Assembly (NCBI GenBank): GCA_902770835.1
Contig: CACXUM010000017.1
Span: 9,055 to 73,054, forward strand
Direction: 5' to 3'
DNA: 64,000 bases
Source: an uncultured Bacteroidia bacterium
GTDB taxonomy: Bacteria; Bacteroidota; Bacteroidia; Bacteroidales; F082
Of this stretch, positions 9,129-17,902 are shown in pieces (the first letter of the stretch is position 1; each line of letters begins with the position of its first letter). The notes below the pieces were generated by a model. The model worked only from the letters and a program-made list of their open reading frames with translations. It had not been told where the DNA came from and made no database searches. The translations under genes were made by a program, and so were the position numbers.

Positions 9129-9332
9129 TTACGCATCAACTTCAAATGATAACGTCTTTTTGCAAATGCTCTTTAAAAACCAACAACCTTGAAGTGCCAC
9201 AAAGAAATACTCATTGTTTTGAAAATAGCAGCCTTCGTTTGGGTTGGCACCGATTAATAATTTTGTGATTACCATAAAACTATGTTTTAGATAAGCATAT
9301 ACAAAGATATTGTTTTTTATGGGATATTGCAA
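9129..9332 (-). CDS. Hypothetical small protein (67 aa) in an AT-rich islet
   Basis: An ORF followed directly by a hairpin terminator. No promoter box or recognisable family was seen. Confidence 0.2.
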   Translation of the reverse strand: MQYPIKNNIFVYAYLKHSFMVITKLLIGANPNEGCYFQNNEYFFVALQGCWFLKSICKKTLSFEVDA

Positions 9333-9416
9333 TAGATTAAGCTTTCATATTGGATAATCGATATAAAATTACTTATAGGTTCTGATTTTTTTCCTCATAA
9401 TATGCAATTATTTTCC

Positions 9417-9424
9417 TACTTTTG
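9417..9424 (+). promoter_or_regulatory. -7 promoter box TACTTTTG (orphan lipoprotein)
   Basis: TAnnTTTG match upstream of the ATG at 9503. Confidence 0.45.
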
Positions 9425-9502
9425 CATCAGATAGAAGAGTTTTTTCGATTAGGTGATGCATTACGAATAAATAGCAGTCTGTATGATAAAACAAAAGAAA
9501 CT

Positions 9503-9982
9503 ATGAAGAAGTTCGTTCTCCTAAATATTGTGATTTGCATTTTCGGATTGATTGGATGCAATCATATTAATCAAAAGCAATCATTAACAGAGGATGTAGT
9601 TGATTTTAACCAATGGTATCTGAAAGAACATCCTAATAAAATCGCTGTTGCAACGTCCTTCATACCAACTGTTGATATCAATTATATTGATGGTTTATCA
9701 TTGGAGGAACTCATTATACAGAATTGTTATAAAGAAAAAACTACCTATACTTGTGAGGATGCGCTTGAATTTAGACGAGAGCTTAATGCAAATCATCATG
9801 TTTCATTTAAATTTGTGCCTGATAGTTCAAATTTGGCTAAAGCATATTGTTTGGAAGACCCTTCCCATTTCAAGAAATATAATAGCGAGTATTGTAACAA
9901 TGTGTGTATAAAGTATAAAGAAACTCTGCGTAAGGAAAATGAACAGAAAACCCAGGAAATATGGGATAAATATTTGGAGTAA
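9503..9982 (+). CDS. Hypothetical Cys-rich lipoprotein
   Basis: MKKFVLLNIVICIFGLIGC is a signal peptide with lipobox. The gene is AT-rich relative to its flanks. No family was recognised. Confidence 0.55.
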   Translation: MKKFVLLNIVICIFGLIGCNHINQKQSLTEDVVDFNQWYLKEHPNKIAVATSFIPTVDINYIDGLSLEELIIQNCYKEKTTYTCEDALEFRRELNANHHVSFKFVPDSSNLAKAYCLEDPSHFKKYNSEYCNNVCIKYKETLRKENEQKTQEIWDKYLE

Positions 9983-10057
9983 TTATTTAGGCAAGATTAA
10001 GTTGATTTCTTCAAATACTCATCTCAAAATATTTTGTGCATAGAGAAAGGCAAATCC

Positions 10058-10582
10058 TTAATCATACAACTCCACAAACTCATAGGAATTCCCCATAGCC
10101 TCCAAAAACTTGATAAAGTCCTCCTGGCTAATAATGATCGTCCCCGTGTTGTCATTGGGATGGAAGCTTAAGCGAGGAGCGTTCAAGAGGTTTTTGTCGA
10201 TGAAGAGGTGTACCTCGTGGTTCTCGTCGTTGATGAGGCCGAAGGGGGAGACGCTGCCGGGCTTCAGACCGAGGTATTTCTCCATGCGGGCCTCCGAGGC
10301 GAAGGTGAGCTTGCCCTGGTGCAGGCGCTGCTCGAGGTCGTGGATGTCCATTTGGTGCATGCACTCAAAGATGACGAGGTAGTGCTTGTTGCCCTTGTGG
10401 TTACGGAAAAACAGGTTCTTGCAGTGCGTGGCCTCGAACTTGCCCCAGTAGGCCAACGACTCCTCGATGGAGCCCAACGGCGGGTGGAACTTGATGTCGA
10501 AGTCGATACCGAGGCCGAGCAGGGTATCCACTACTTTCTGCTGCCGCTCACTCAAGGGTTGGTTTATTTCTGATGGTTTCAT
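10058..10582 (-). CDS. YbaK/prolyl-tRNA-synthetase-associated (aminoacyl-tRNA editing) domain protein
   Basis: HCKNLFFRN.KG..HYLV and GLKPGSVSPFGL motifs are typical of YbaK/ProX-like deacylases. Confidence 0.75.
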   Translation of the reverse strand: MKPSEINQPLSERQQKVVDTLLGLGIDFDIKFHPPLGSIEESLAYWGKFEATHCKNLFFRNHKGNKHYLVIFECMHQMDIHDLEQRLHQGKLTFASEARMEKYLGLKPGSVSPFGLINDENHEVHLFIDKNLLNAPRLSFHPNDNTGTIIISQEDFIKFLEAMGNSYEFVELYD

Positions 10583-10595
10583 ATTTTTCTTTATT

Positions 10596-10700
10596 GGGAT
10601 TGCTTCGCAAGAAATCTTTCAAAATCGTTTTTAAAATCTTATAAAAATCATTTTTCATTTTTGAGAGATTTTATTATTGATTTTTGACAGATTTCTCGGC
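10596..10700. repeat. Dispersed repeat, copy A (GGGATTGCTTCGCAAGAAATCT head plus AAAATC-rich palindromic body)
   Basis: The head is shared with 44037-44100 and 50129-50152. The internal arms are reverse complements (AGAAATCT at 10610-10617 versus AGATTTCT at 10689-10696, extending about 35 bp). Confidence 0.7.
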
Positions 10701-10714
10701 GCAGCCGATACCAT

Positions 10715-13522
10715 TTACAACTTGATTTTCAACGCTTTACCAGTATAGGATTCCTTGCACTTCACCAGGTCTTCAGGCGTGCCTTCAAAGACGATCTCGC
10801 CGCCTTTGTTGCCGCTCTCGGGACCCAGGTCGATGACCCAGTCCGCCGACTTGATGACATCCATGTTGTGCTCGATGATGATGACGCTGTGGCCGTTGGC
10901 AATCAAGGCGTTGAACGACTCCAGCAGCTTGTTCACATCGTGGAAATGCAGACCAGTCGTCGGCTCGTCGAAGATGAAGAGCGTAGGTTTCTCCACCTGT
11001 CCCTTGATGAGGAAATAGGCCAGCTTCACGCGCTGCGCCTCGCCGCCCGAGAGCGAGCTCGACGACTGCCCGAGCTTCAGATAACCCAAACCGACTTCCT
11101 GCAAGGGCTTCAAGCGGTTGAGGATACGCCCGACAATGGGGGTCTGCCGCTCCGACGAGTGCTCGAAGAAGTCGATGGCCTCTTCGATGCTCATGTTGAG
11201 GATGTCGGAGATGTGTTTGCCGTCGTATTTGATCTCCAAGACCTCTTCCTTGAAGCGCGTGCCGTGGCAAGCCTCGCAAGGCAGATAGACGTCGGCCATG
11301 AACTGCATCTCAATCTTTTGCACGCCCTCGCCCTCACATTCCTCACAGCGACCGCCCGGCACGTTGAAGGAGAAGAACGCGGGCTTGATGCCGCGCAGTT
11401 TGGCCAACTTTTGCTCTGAGAATAACGTTCGTATTTCGTCGTATGCCTTCAAGTAAGTGGCAGGGTTGGAACGTGACGACTTACCGATGGGGTTCTGGTC
11501 GATAAACTCGACGGCTTGGATGAGGCGCAGGTCGCCTTCCAAGGCACCGTAACTGCCGCATTTCTCGGCGTTCTCGCCCAGCTGCCGTTTCATGGCGGGG
11601 TAGAGCACATCCTTCACCAAGGTCGATTTGCCCGAGCCACTCACGCCTGTGATCACGGTCATCATATTGAGCGGGAAGCGCACGGTGAGGTTTTTGAGGT
11701 TGTTCTGCGTCGCACCCTTGATGACGATGGCGTTGGCGCTCTTGCGTCGGCGGGTGGGCACGGGGATGCTCATCTTGCCCGTGAGGTATTGCGTGGTGAG
11801 GCTCTTCTCGCAGTGGACGAGGTCCTTGATTTCGCCTTCGAACACGACTTCACCGCCAAAGGCACCCGCCATCGGCCCGATGTCGATGATGTAGTCGGCG
11901 GCACGGATAATCTCCTCGTCGTGTTCCACCACGATGACGGTATTGCCGATGTCGCGCAGGCGTTTCAGCACCTTGATGAGTTGCTCGGTGTCGCGGGAAT
12001 GCAAGCCGATGCTGGGCTCGTCCAAGATATAGGTGGAACCGACCAGACTGCTGCCCAACGATGTCGCGAGGTTGATGCGCTGCGACTCGCCGCCCGAGAG
12101 CGTGTTGGAGAGTCGGTTCAGGGTCAGGTAACCCAAGCCCACCTCGATGATGAAATCCAGGCGGTTGTTGATTTCCACCAGCAGGCGAGAGGCGATTTTG
12201 CTGTCGGTTTCGTCGAGTTTGAGGTGGTCGAAGAAGGCCTTCAGCTCGTCCAAGGGCATCAGCACGAGGTCGGTGATGCTCTTGCCGCCCACCTTCACAT
12301 ATTGCGCTTGTCGGCGCAGGCGCGTGCCGTGGCATTCGGGGCAGACCGTCTTTCCACGATAGCGCGACAGCATCACGCGGTATTGTATCTTATAGGACTG
12401 TGTCTCAACATAGTTGAAGAAGTCCACGATGCCTTCAAAATACTGGTTGCCAGTCCAGAGGAGGCTCACCTGCTCATCGGTGAGTTCGTAGAACGGCTTG
12501 AAGATGGGGATGCCCACCTTGTCGGCCACGCGGATGAGGGCGTCTTTCCACTCGCTCATCTTCTCGCCGCGCCAGCAGGCGATGGCGTTCTCGTAGATCG
12601 ACAGGCTCTTGTTGGGCACAACCAGGTCGGGGTCGATGCCGATGACGCTGCCGAAGCCCTGACAGGTGGGGCAGGCGCCGTAGGGGTTGTTGAAGGCGAA
12701 CATATTGGCCGTAGGCGGCTCGAAGGTGATGCCGTCGGCCTCGAAACGCGACGAGAAGTCGGCTTCCTTGCGCTCGCCGTCGAGTTCGCTGATCACCTGA
12801 CAGGTCTCCTTGCCCTCGTAAAAGGCAGTCTGCACCGAGTCGGAGATGCGCCCGATGGCGTCGTCCATGCTCTCGCTGACCTTGATGCGGTCGATGAGTA
12901 GCTTCACCTTCTTCTCGCTGACCTTTTTCTTCTGGTCGAGGAAATCTTCGATTTTGATGATCTCGCCGTTATATAATATACGGTAGAAGCCCTGCTGCAT
13001 GAGGATGTTGAGATGCTCTTCGAGGCTGCGGCCTTCGGGCAGGTGAAGCGGTGCGACGATGTAGGCCGTGCTACCCGTCGGCAGGCTGAGGATATGATTC
13101 ACCACATCCATCACCTGGTGCTTCTTGACTAATTTACCCGAGGCGGGGGAGTAGGTCTTGCCTATGCGGGCATAGAGGAGTTTCAGGTATTCGTAGATCT
13201 CGGTGCTGGTGCCCACGGTGGAGCGCGGGTTGTGCGAGTTCACCTTCTGCTCAATGGCGATGGCGGGCGAGAGGCCCGTGATGCTCTCCACATCGGGTTT
13301 GTTGAGTCGGCCCATGAACTGCCGTGCGTATGAACTCAAGCTCTCCACATAGCGACGTTGTCCTTCCGCGTAAAGCGTGTCGAATGCCAAGGATGACTTG
13401 CCCGATCCCGACAAGCCGGTGATGACCACTAATTTGTTCTTTGGAATCTGCAAACTGATGCTTTTCAGGTTGTTGACCTTCGCGTTGCGGATGGTGATAT
13501 AGGAAGTTGTTTGCTCTTTCAA
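10715..13522 (-). CDS. uvrA: Excinuclease ABC subunit A (UvrA)
   Basis: Two ABC ATPase modules (GLSGSGKSS, GVSGSGKST, LSGGE signatures) and zinc modules (CPTCQGFG, CPECHGTRL, CEECEGEG, CEACHGTRF). A TTG start is proposed 21 nt downstream of the promoter box. Confidence 0.9.
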   Translation of the reverse strand: MKEQTTSYITIRNAKVNNLKSISLQIPKNKLVVITGLSGSGKSSLAFDTLYAEGQRRYVESLSSYARQFMGRLNKPDVESITGLSPAIAIEQKVNSHNPRSTVGTSTEIYEYLKLLYARIGKTYSPASGKLVKKHQVMDVVNHILSLPTGSTAYIVAPLHLPEGRSLEEHLNILMQQGFYRILYNGEIIKIEDFLDQKKKVSEKKVKLLIDRIKVSESMDDAIGRISDSVQTAFYEGKETCQVISELDGERKEADFSSRFEADGITFEPPTANMFAFNNPYGACPTCQGFGSVIGIDPDLVVPNKSLSIYENAIACWRGEKMSEWKDALIRVADKVGIPIFKPFYELTDEQVSLLWTGNQYFEGIVDFFNYVETQSYKIQYRVMLSRYRGKTVCPECHGTRLRRQAQYVKVGGKSITDLVLMPLDELKAFFDHLKLDETDSKIASRLLVEINNRLDFIIEVGLGYLTLNRLSNTLSGGESQRINLATSLGSSLVGSTYILDEPSIGLHSRDTEQLIKVLKRLRDIGNTVIVVEHDEEIIRAADYIIDIGPMAGAFGGEVVFEGEIKDLVHCEKSLTTQYLTGKMSIPVPTRRRKSANAIVIKGATQNNLKNLTVRFPLNMMTVITGVSGSGKSTLVKDVLYPAMKRQLGENAEKCGSYGALEGDLRLIQAVEFIDQNPIGKSSRSNPATYLKAYDEIRTLFSEQKLAKLRGIKPAFFSFNVPGGRCEECEGEGVQKIEMQFMADVYLPCEACHGTRFKEEVLEIKYDGKHISDILNMSIEEAIDFFEHSSERQTPIVGRILNRLKPLQEVGLGYLKLGQSSSSLSGGEAQRVKLAYFLIKGQVEKPTLFIFDEPTTGLHFHDVNKLLESFNALIANGHSVIIIEHNMDVIKSADWVIDLGPESGNKGGEIVFEGTPEDLVKCKESYTGKALKIKL

Positions 13523-13542
13523 GGTTCGGAAAATTGAATTTG

Positions 13543-13550
13543 CAAAGGTA
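13543..13550 (-). promoter_or_regulatory. -7 promoter box TACCTTTG (uvrA)
   Basis: CAAAGGTA on the + strand. It lies inside the long ATG-initiated ORF, which argues for the downstream TTG start. Confidence 0.5.
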
Positions 13551-13589
13551 CGGAAAAGCGAGGAAATAGGAGAGGGGGAAGAAGAAAAT

Positions 13590-13868
13590 AATAAGATTTG
13601 CGTATTTTTGGAGAAATCGAATAAAAATATTTCGATATTTTTGGATAAAAGACAATTTGGTATTTTCCATAAATCGAATAAAAAAGCCAAGCTTAAGCCG
13701 ATAGAAGTGAAGTCTTTCGGTTACAACACCCACAAGCCGCTCTATGTGTTTTGCGAGAAATACGCTCATGTTGTCGAACGGCGTTATTTGATTTACACAA
13801 AGGATTTGAAAACGGACAAGGGAAGCAACTTGCTACCTGTTTACATGCCCCCTTTCCTTGGCGAATAA
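13590..13868 (+). pseudogene. C-terminal remnant of an AAA-ATPase (AAA_14/DUF4143-like) gene
   Basis: The frames contain YFWRNR / YFWIKDN and KLKPIEVKS....LLPVYMPPFL, which resemble the tail of this ATPase family. There is no N-terminal ATPase part and the frames are broken. Confidence 0.35.
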
Positions 13869-14155
13869 AGCGAGGCTAAGGTTTTTCCGACAATGCGCCG
13901 CAGGTTAGGAAAAGGATTTCGGTCTCAAAACAATCAATGTGTCTTTTTGGCTGTTATACCTTACAAGAAAAAATGAAAGAGTGGATTGGCGAATACGAAC
14001 AGATACAGCAGATGCCTTGAGGCATGGCAAAGCAGTTGGGGTAGAGATATGGATAGAATCAATAGAGCGTGTTGTTGGTTTTGGTACGGTTTTTGAACAT
14101 CCCAAAAATTTGTTTGAAAAATCGGAAGTTTTGAACAACGGACAACAATAATTAC

Positions 14156-14163
14156 TAATTTTG
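14156..14163 (+). promoter_or_regulatory. -7 promoter box TAATTTTG (DUF1573/aminotransferase operon)
   Basis: TAnnTTTG match 23 nt upstream of the ATG at 14186. Confidence 0.5.
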
Positions 14164-14185
14164 CACACTTTTAATTTAAAACACA

Positions 14186-14644
14186 ATGAAAAAAGTTATC
14201 TATCTGCTTGGTATCATGCTCCTTATGGCTGGAGCGGCCAAGGCTCAGGACAGCAAAGCCCCGATGGGACCAGAAATCGAATTTGAGAAAATCGTCCACG
14301 ACTACGGCGATGTGCCTTACAACGGCAACGGCGAGTGCGAGTTCCGCTTCACCAATACCGGCACCGAACCGCTGTTGGTGCAAAAACCCAAGTCGAGTTG
14401 CGGCTGCACGATTCCTTCGTGGCCCAAGGAACCCATCCTTCCCGGCGAGTCTGACGTAATCAAGGTGACCTACCGCACCAACCGTGCCGGCAACATCAAC
14501 AAGACTGTGACCGTCACCTCCAACGCCGTGAAAAACTCGACTGTGGTGCTGCGCATCAAGGGTCGCGTGCTCGAACAACCCACTGAGGCCATGCCCGAAA
14601 AGAAGAACGATTTCGGCAACGGCTCACCCGTCAACAACAATTAA
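14186..14644 (+). CDS. DUF1573 domain protein (secreted)
   Basis: Signal peptide followed by F.F.N.G..PL.i....SCGCT.p.wp..Pi.PGe...i.v.y, the DUF1573 signature. Confidence 0.8.
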   Translation: MKKVIYLLGIMLLMAGAAKAQDSKAPMGPEIEFEKIVHDYGDVPYNGNGECEFRFTNTGTEPLLVQKPKSSCGCTIPSWPKEPILPGESDVIKVTYRTNRAGNINKTVTVTSNAVKNSTVVLRIKGRVLEQPTEAMPEKKNDFGNGSPVNNN

Positions 14645-14655
14645 ATCAAACATTT

Positions 14656-15873
14656 ATGCCACAAATATCCAAAAAAGGTCTGGATTTGCCGCAGTCGGCT
14701 ATCCGTAAACTTGTTCCTTTTGCCGATGCCGCCAAGGAACGCGGTGTCCATGTGTATCACCTCAACATCGGCCAGCCCGACATCGAGACCCCGAAGGGTG
14801 CTTTGAAGGTTTTGGCTGAGACCGCCAAGGAACTTCCGGCCAGCCACGGTGTGTTGGAATACAGCCACTCGGCGGGCATCCCGTCCTATCGTCGTGCCTT
14901 GTGCAACTATTACCATAGGCATGGTATCGATGTCACGCCTAACCAAGTGCTTGTCACCACGGGCGGTAGCGAGGCTTTGCAAATGGCCTTCACAGTGTGC
15001 CTCAACCCGGGCGACGAAATCATCATCCCAGAACCTTATTACACCAATTATAACACCTTCGCCAAGTTGTGCGATGCCAAGATTGTCACCATCCCCAGCG
15101 ACATCAAGACGGGCTTTGCCCTGCCGCCCATCGAGGAATTTGAGAAGGTCATCACGCCGCGCACCAAGGCCATCATGATTTGCAACCCCAACAACCCGAC
15201 GGGCTATCTTTATACCCACGAGGAACTGCTGAAGGTGGCCGGATTGGTCAAGAAATATGACCTGTATCTTTTTGCTGACGAGGTGTATCGCGAGTTCTGC
15301 TACGATGGCCATAAGCACGTCAGTGTCATGCAGTTGGAAGGCTTGGAGCGCAACACCATTTTGTTCGACTCTGTTTCGAAGCGTTATAGCGCATGTGGTG
15401 CCCGCGTGGGCTGCATGGTGACCCGCAATAGTGAGGTCTATGCCATCGCCATGCGTTTGGCTCAGGCTCGGTTGTCGCCGCCGTCGTTTGGTCAGATTTT
15501 CGCTGAGGCCGCCGTCGACACGCCGCAAGAGTATTTTGATGCCGTGCAAAGCGAGTATGTGGCCCGCCGCAATGTCATCGTTGAGGGTGTCAACAAGATT
15601 CCGGGCTGCTTCTGCCCGATGCCGAAAGGTGCTTTCTACACCGTCATCGACTTGCCCATTGACGACAGCGACAAGTTCTGCCAGTGGCTGCTCACCGATT
15701 TCAGTTACAATGGTGCTACTGTCATGCTGGCTCCTGCCACGGGCTTCTATGCCGACCCCGAAAAAGGCCGTCATCAGGCTCGTATCACCTACTGCATCTG
15801 CATTGACGATTTGAAGGCCGCCATGAAGTGCCTCGAAGAAGCCTTGAAGGTGTATCCGGGGAGAACGAGATAA
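14656..15873 (+). CDS. PLP-dependent aminotransferase, class I/II (aspartate aminotransferase-like)
   Basis: 405 aa with a SVSKRYSACGARVG lysine motif and an N.G.P start, typical of the class I fold. Confidence 0.85.
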   Translation: MPQISKKGLDLPQSAIRKLVPFADAAKERGVHVYHLNIGQPDIETPKGALKVLAETAKELPASHGVLEYSHSAGIPSYRRALCNYYHRHGIDVTPNQVLVTTGGSEALQMAFTVCLNPGDEIIIPEPYYTNYNTFAKLCDAKIVTIPSDIKTGFALPPIEEFEKVITPRTKAIMICNPNNPTGYLYTHEELLKVAGLVKKYDLYLFADEVYREFCYDGHKHVSVMQLEGLERNTILFDSVSKRYSACGARVGCMVTRNSEVYAIAMRLAQARLSPPSFGQIFAEAAVDTPQEYFDAVQSEYVARRNVIVEGVNKIPGCFCPMPKGAFYTVIDLPIDDSDKFCQWLLTDFSYNGATVMLAPATGFYADPEKGRHQARITYCICIDDLKAAMKCLEEALKVYPGRTR

Positions 15874-15898
15874 AGTAATTTATGATATAATTCATGTA

Positions 15899-15925
15899 GG
15901 GCTGTCACATTGTGGCAGCCTTTTT
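15899..15925 (+). terminator. Intrinsic terminator after the aminotransferase gene
   Basis: GGGCTGTCAC ATT GTGGCAGCC hairpin followed by T5. The hairpin sequence is near-identical to the core of the repeats at 24020 and 24376. Confidence 0.7.
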
Positions 15926-15979
15926 CTTTATGTAATTTTTTCTTGTCGAGAAAAACATTTTGGGATTTTCTGCAACCTA

Positions 15980-16810
15980 TCAAATAATCCCCTCCAATGC
16001 CGCCCGAAATTCTGGCATTGGGCAGTGCGTGTCGCGCTCAATGATGAGTGTTTTGAGTCCGGCGAAGGGCAAGATTTTCTTTTCTATTTCATTGAGGGTA
16101 AGGTTCTTGCCGAAATAGGCAGGGGCAAAGGCTTCCCAAAACTTGATGGAGGTGGTTTTCTCCATGTGGAAAGTCTCGCGGATGAAGTCTTCGTGGCTGA
16201 GTTTGCAACTCAGGTAAACCATGCCCACATCGAAAAGGGGATTGCCGTAGCAGAAATCACCTAAATCGATGAAATAGCGTTGGTTGGGCGTGAAGATGGC
16301 ATTGGAAAACTGTAAGTCGCCGTGGATGGCTGTGTCAGTGTCGGGAACGCTGTCGATGAAGTTTCCAATCTTTTCCTTTTCGTCTGTCGTGAAAAACGGG
16401 TTCTCTGCCAAAAGCCTATGGTAGCGATCTTTTACATTTTCAAATTGTTTCGTATCCACATGGGTTTCATGCAGTTGCAGGCACATTTGTGCAAATTCCT
16501 CAGCGTATTGTTTCACCTTTTCGGGATGGTCGCCCGTGGCACGAGAATAGGAAACTTTGTTCAAAATGCGTCGGAATCTGATGCCATAGCGGCCGTCCTC
16601 GGTCACCACGTAGTCACCGGGTTCGGGCGTGGAAATGCCTGACTCATAAACCATTCGGGCAAGTCTCATTTCGTCCAACGGCTGCTGGATTTTTCCGGGG
16701 AAATAGAGTTTGAGCATTACCGTCGGGTCGGTCTTGTGGTCGTAACTCTCGCCGTTGGCCCCGCCGCCACTGAGGACATAGTCGTCCAAGGAAATTTTGA
16801 TGGCTTCCAT
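15980..16810 (-). CDS. Phosphotransferase, APH/choline-kinase family
   Basis: HGDLQFSNAIF catalytic loop and an IDLGDF metal-binding motif. Confidence 0.75.
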   Translation of the reverse strand: MEAIKISLDDYVLSGGGANGESYDHKTDPTVMLKLYFPGKIQQPLDEMRLARMVYESGISTPEPGDYVVTEDGRYGIRFRRILNKVSYSRATGDHPEKVKQYAEEFAQMCLQLHETHVDTKQFENVKDRYHRLLAENPFFTTDEKEKIGNFIDSVPDTDTAIHGDLQFSNAIFTPNQRYFIDLGDFCYGNPLFDVGMVYLSCKLSHEDFIRETFHMEKTTSIKFWEAFAPAYFGKNLTLNEIEKKILPFAGLKTLIIERDTHCPMPEFRAALEGII

Positions 16811-16834
16811 TTGCTATGGTTTGGATTTCTGCGA

Positions 16835-16842
16835 CAAAAGTA
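16835..16842 (-). promoter_or_regulatory. -7 promoter box TACTTTTG (APH-family gene)
   Basis: CAAAAGTA on the + strand, 25 nt upstream of the start at 16810. Confidence 0.5.
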
Positions 16843-16882
16843 GAAAAAAGATTCGGAAATCGTTTTGCTTTTCAAGTTTTTG

Positions 16883-16890
16883 TATTTTTG
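16883..16890 (+). promoter_or_regulatory. -7 promoter box TATTTTTG (partner-switching/alarmone operon)
   Basis: TAnnTTTG match 20 nt upstream of the ATG at 16910. Confidence 0.5.
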
Positions 16891-16909
16891 CTGCAATTAT
16901 TCTATTGAT

Positions 16910-17902
16910 ATGGGAGGCAAATCTTTTTCGGGCAGACTGACTTTGAGAATCATTGGTATTATGTCGTTGATTACCATCGTGTCACAATTCGTGATGGCCG
17001 TGGTTTCACAAATCATCATTGCCAAAGAAGTGACACGTCATCCCGGATTGGAGCAGCATCCGATAGATATTTTGCTCCATTCGCTGCCTATGCAGATTTC
17101 GTTGATTGTCATTCTGTTGGCAAGCATTGTGGTGATGTTTTTCGTTTGCCGTCGTGTCATCAGCCGTATGGCGAGTCCAGTCGATCGCATCGAGTCGGAT
17201 TTGGTTTTGGCCCGCAAAATCCAGCTTGGGATGTTGCGCACTGATTTTCCCCCCATGTTATATGCGTTGCTCAATCCGGCCAAGAGGGTTGGCGGCGACC
17301 TGTACGACTTCACCATTAAAGACGACCAACTCTATTTTGCCATCGGCGATGTGTCGGGCAAGGGCATTGCTGCCTCGTTGGTGATGGCCATCACGAGGGT
17401 GATGCTCCGTTTCGTGGTGGGATCGGGGCTGCCTTTGGACGAGACTTTGCGTCGTATCAACGATGAATTCAGTGCAACCAATAAAACAGGCATGTTTGTG
17501 ACCTTGTTTGTCGCCCGCGTCGACTTGAAAACGGGCCACATGGACTTCTGCAATGCGGGTCACAATCCCATCCTCGTCATCCCGCCTGATGCTGAGCCTT
17601 ATTTCCTCAAATGCAAAACGAATATCGCCGTTGGCATGTTCGAGAAATTCAACTACGAGGCGGAACAGATTGACCTGAAGCAGGGTACGCGAATCATTGC
17701 CTATACCGATGGCGTGACCGAAGCCGAAAAAGCCGACCAAAGCCTGTATGGAAACGAGCGTCTGTTGGAATGGTCGAAGACATTGAAAAACAACGAATTA
17801 ATTGAAAAAGATGTGGTTGAACGCCTTTATGCTTCGGTTCAAACCTTTGCCGAAGGCAATCCACAGAATGACGACATAACCATTGTTAGTTTACGATTAT
17901 GA
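16910..17902 (+). CDS. Membrane-anchored PP2C/SpoIIE-family Ser phosphatase (RsbU-like)
   Basis: Two N-terminal TM helices, then GGDLYDF, FAIGDVSGKGIAASL, NAGHNP, YTDGVTEA and NDDITIV PP2C motifs. Confidence 0.85.
   Translation: MGGKSFSGRLTLRIIGIMSLITIVSQFVMAVVSQIIIAKEVTRHPGLEQHPIDILLHSLPMQISLIVILLASIVVMFFVCRRVISRMASPVDRIESDLVLARKIQLGMLRTDFPPMLYALLNPAKRVGGDLYDFTIKDDQLYFAIGDVSGKGIAASLVMAITRVMLRFVVGSGLPLDETLRRINDEFSATNKTGMFVTLFVARVDLKTGHMDFCNAGHNPILVIPPDAEPYFLKCKTNIAVGMFEKFNYEAEQIDLKQGTRIIAYTDGVTEAEKADQSLYGNERLLEWSKTLKNNELIEKDVVERLYASVQTFAEGNPQNDDITIVSLRL

Noticed and set aside
11516-12901. 461-aa plus-strand ORF inside uvrA. Similar cases are 14641-15774, 43149-44024, 44415-45350, 32337-33164, 51146-51886 and 60893-61912.
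   Set aside because: All lie antisense to genes with unambiguous conserved motifs. Their Ala/Gly/Val/His-rich composition is typical of reverse-frame artefacts.
13523-13690. ATG at 13690 as the uvrA start
   Set aside because: The added 56 residues are AT-rich and low-complexity and include the TACCTTTG promoter box. The TTG at 13522 fits the conserved N-terminus.
13905-14186. 93-aa (-) and 70-aa (+) ORFs in the gap before the DUF1573 gene
   Set aside because: No promoter box, no signal or motif, overlapping each other on opposite strands, and atypical composition.
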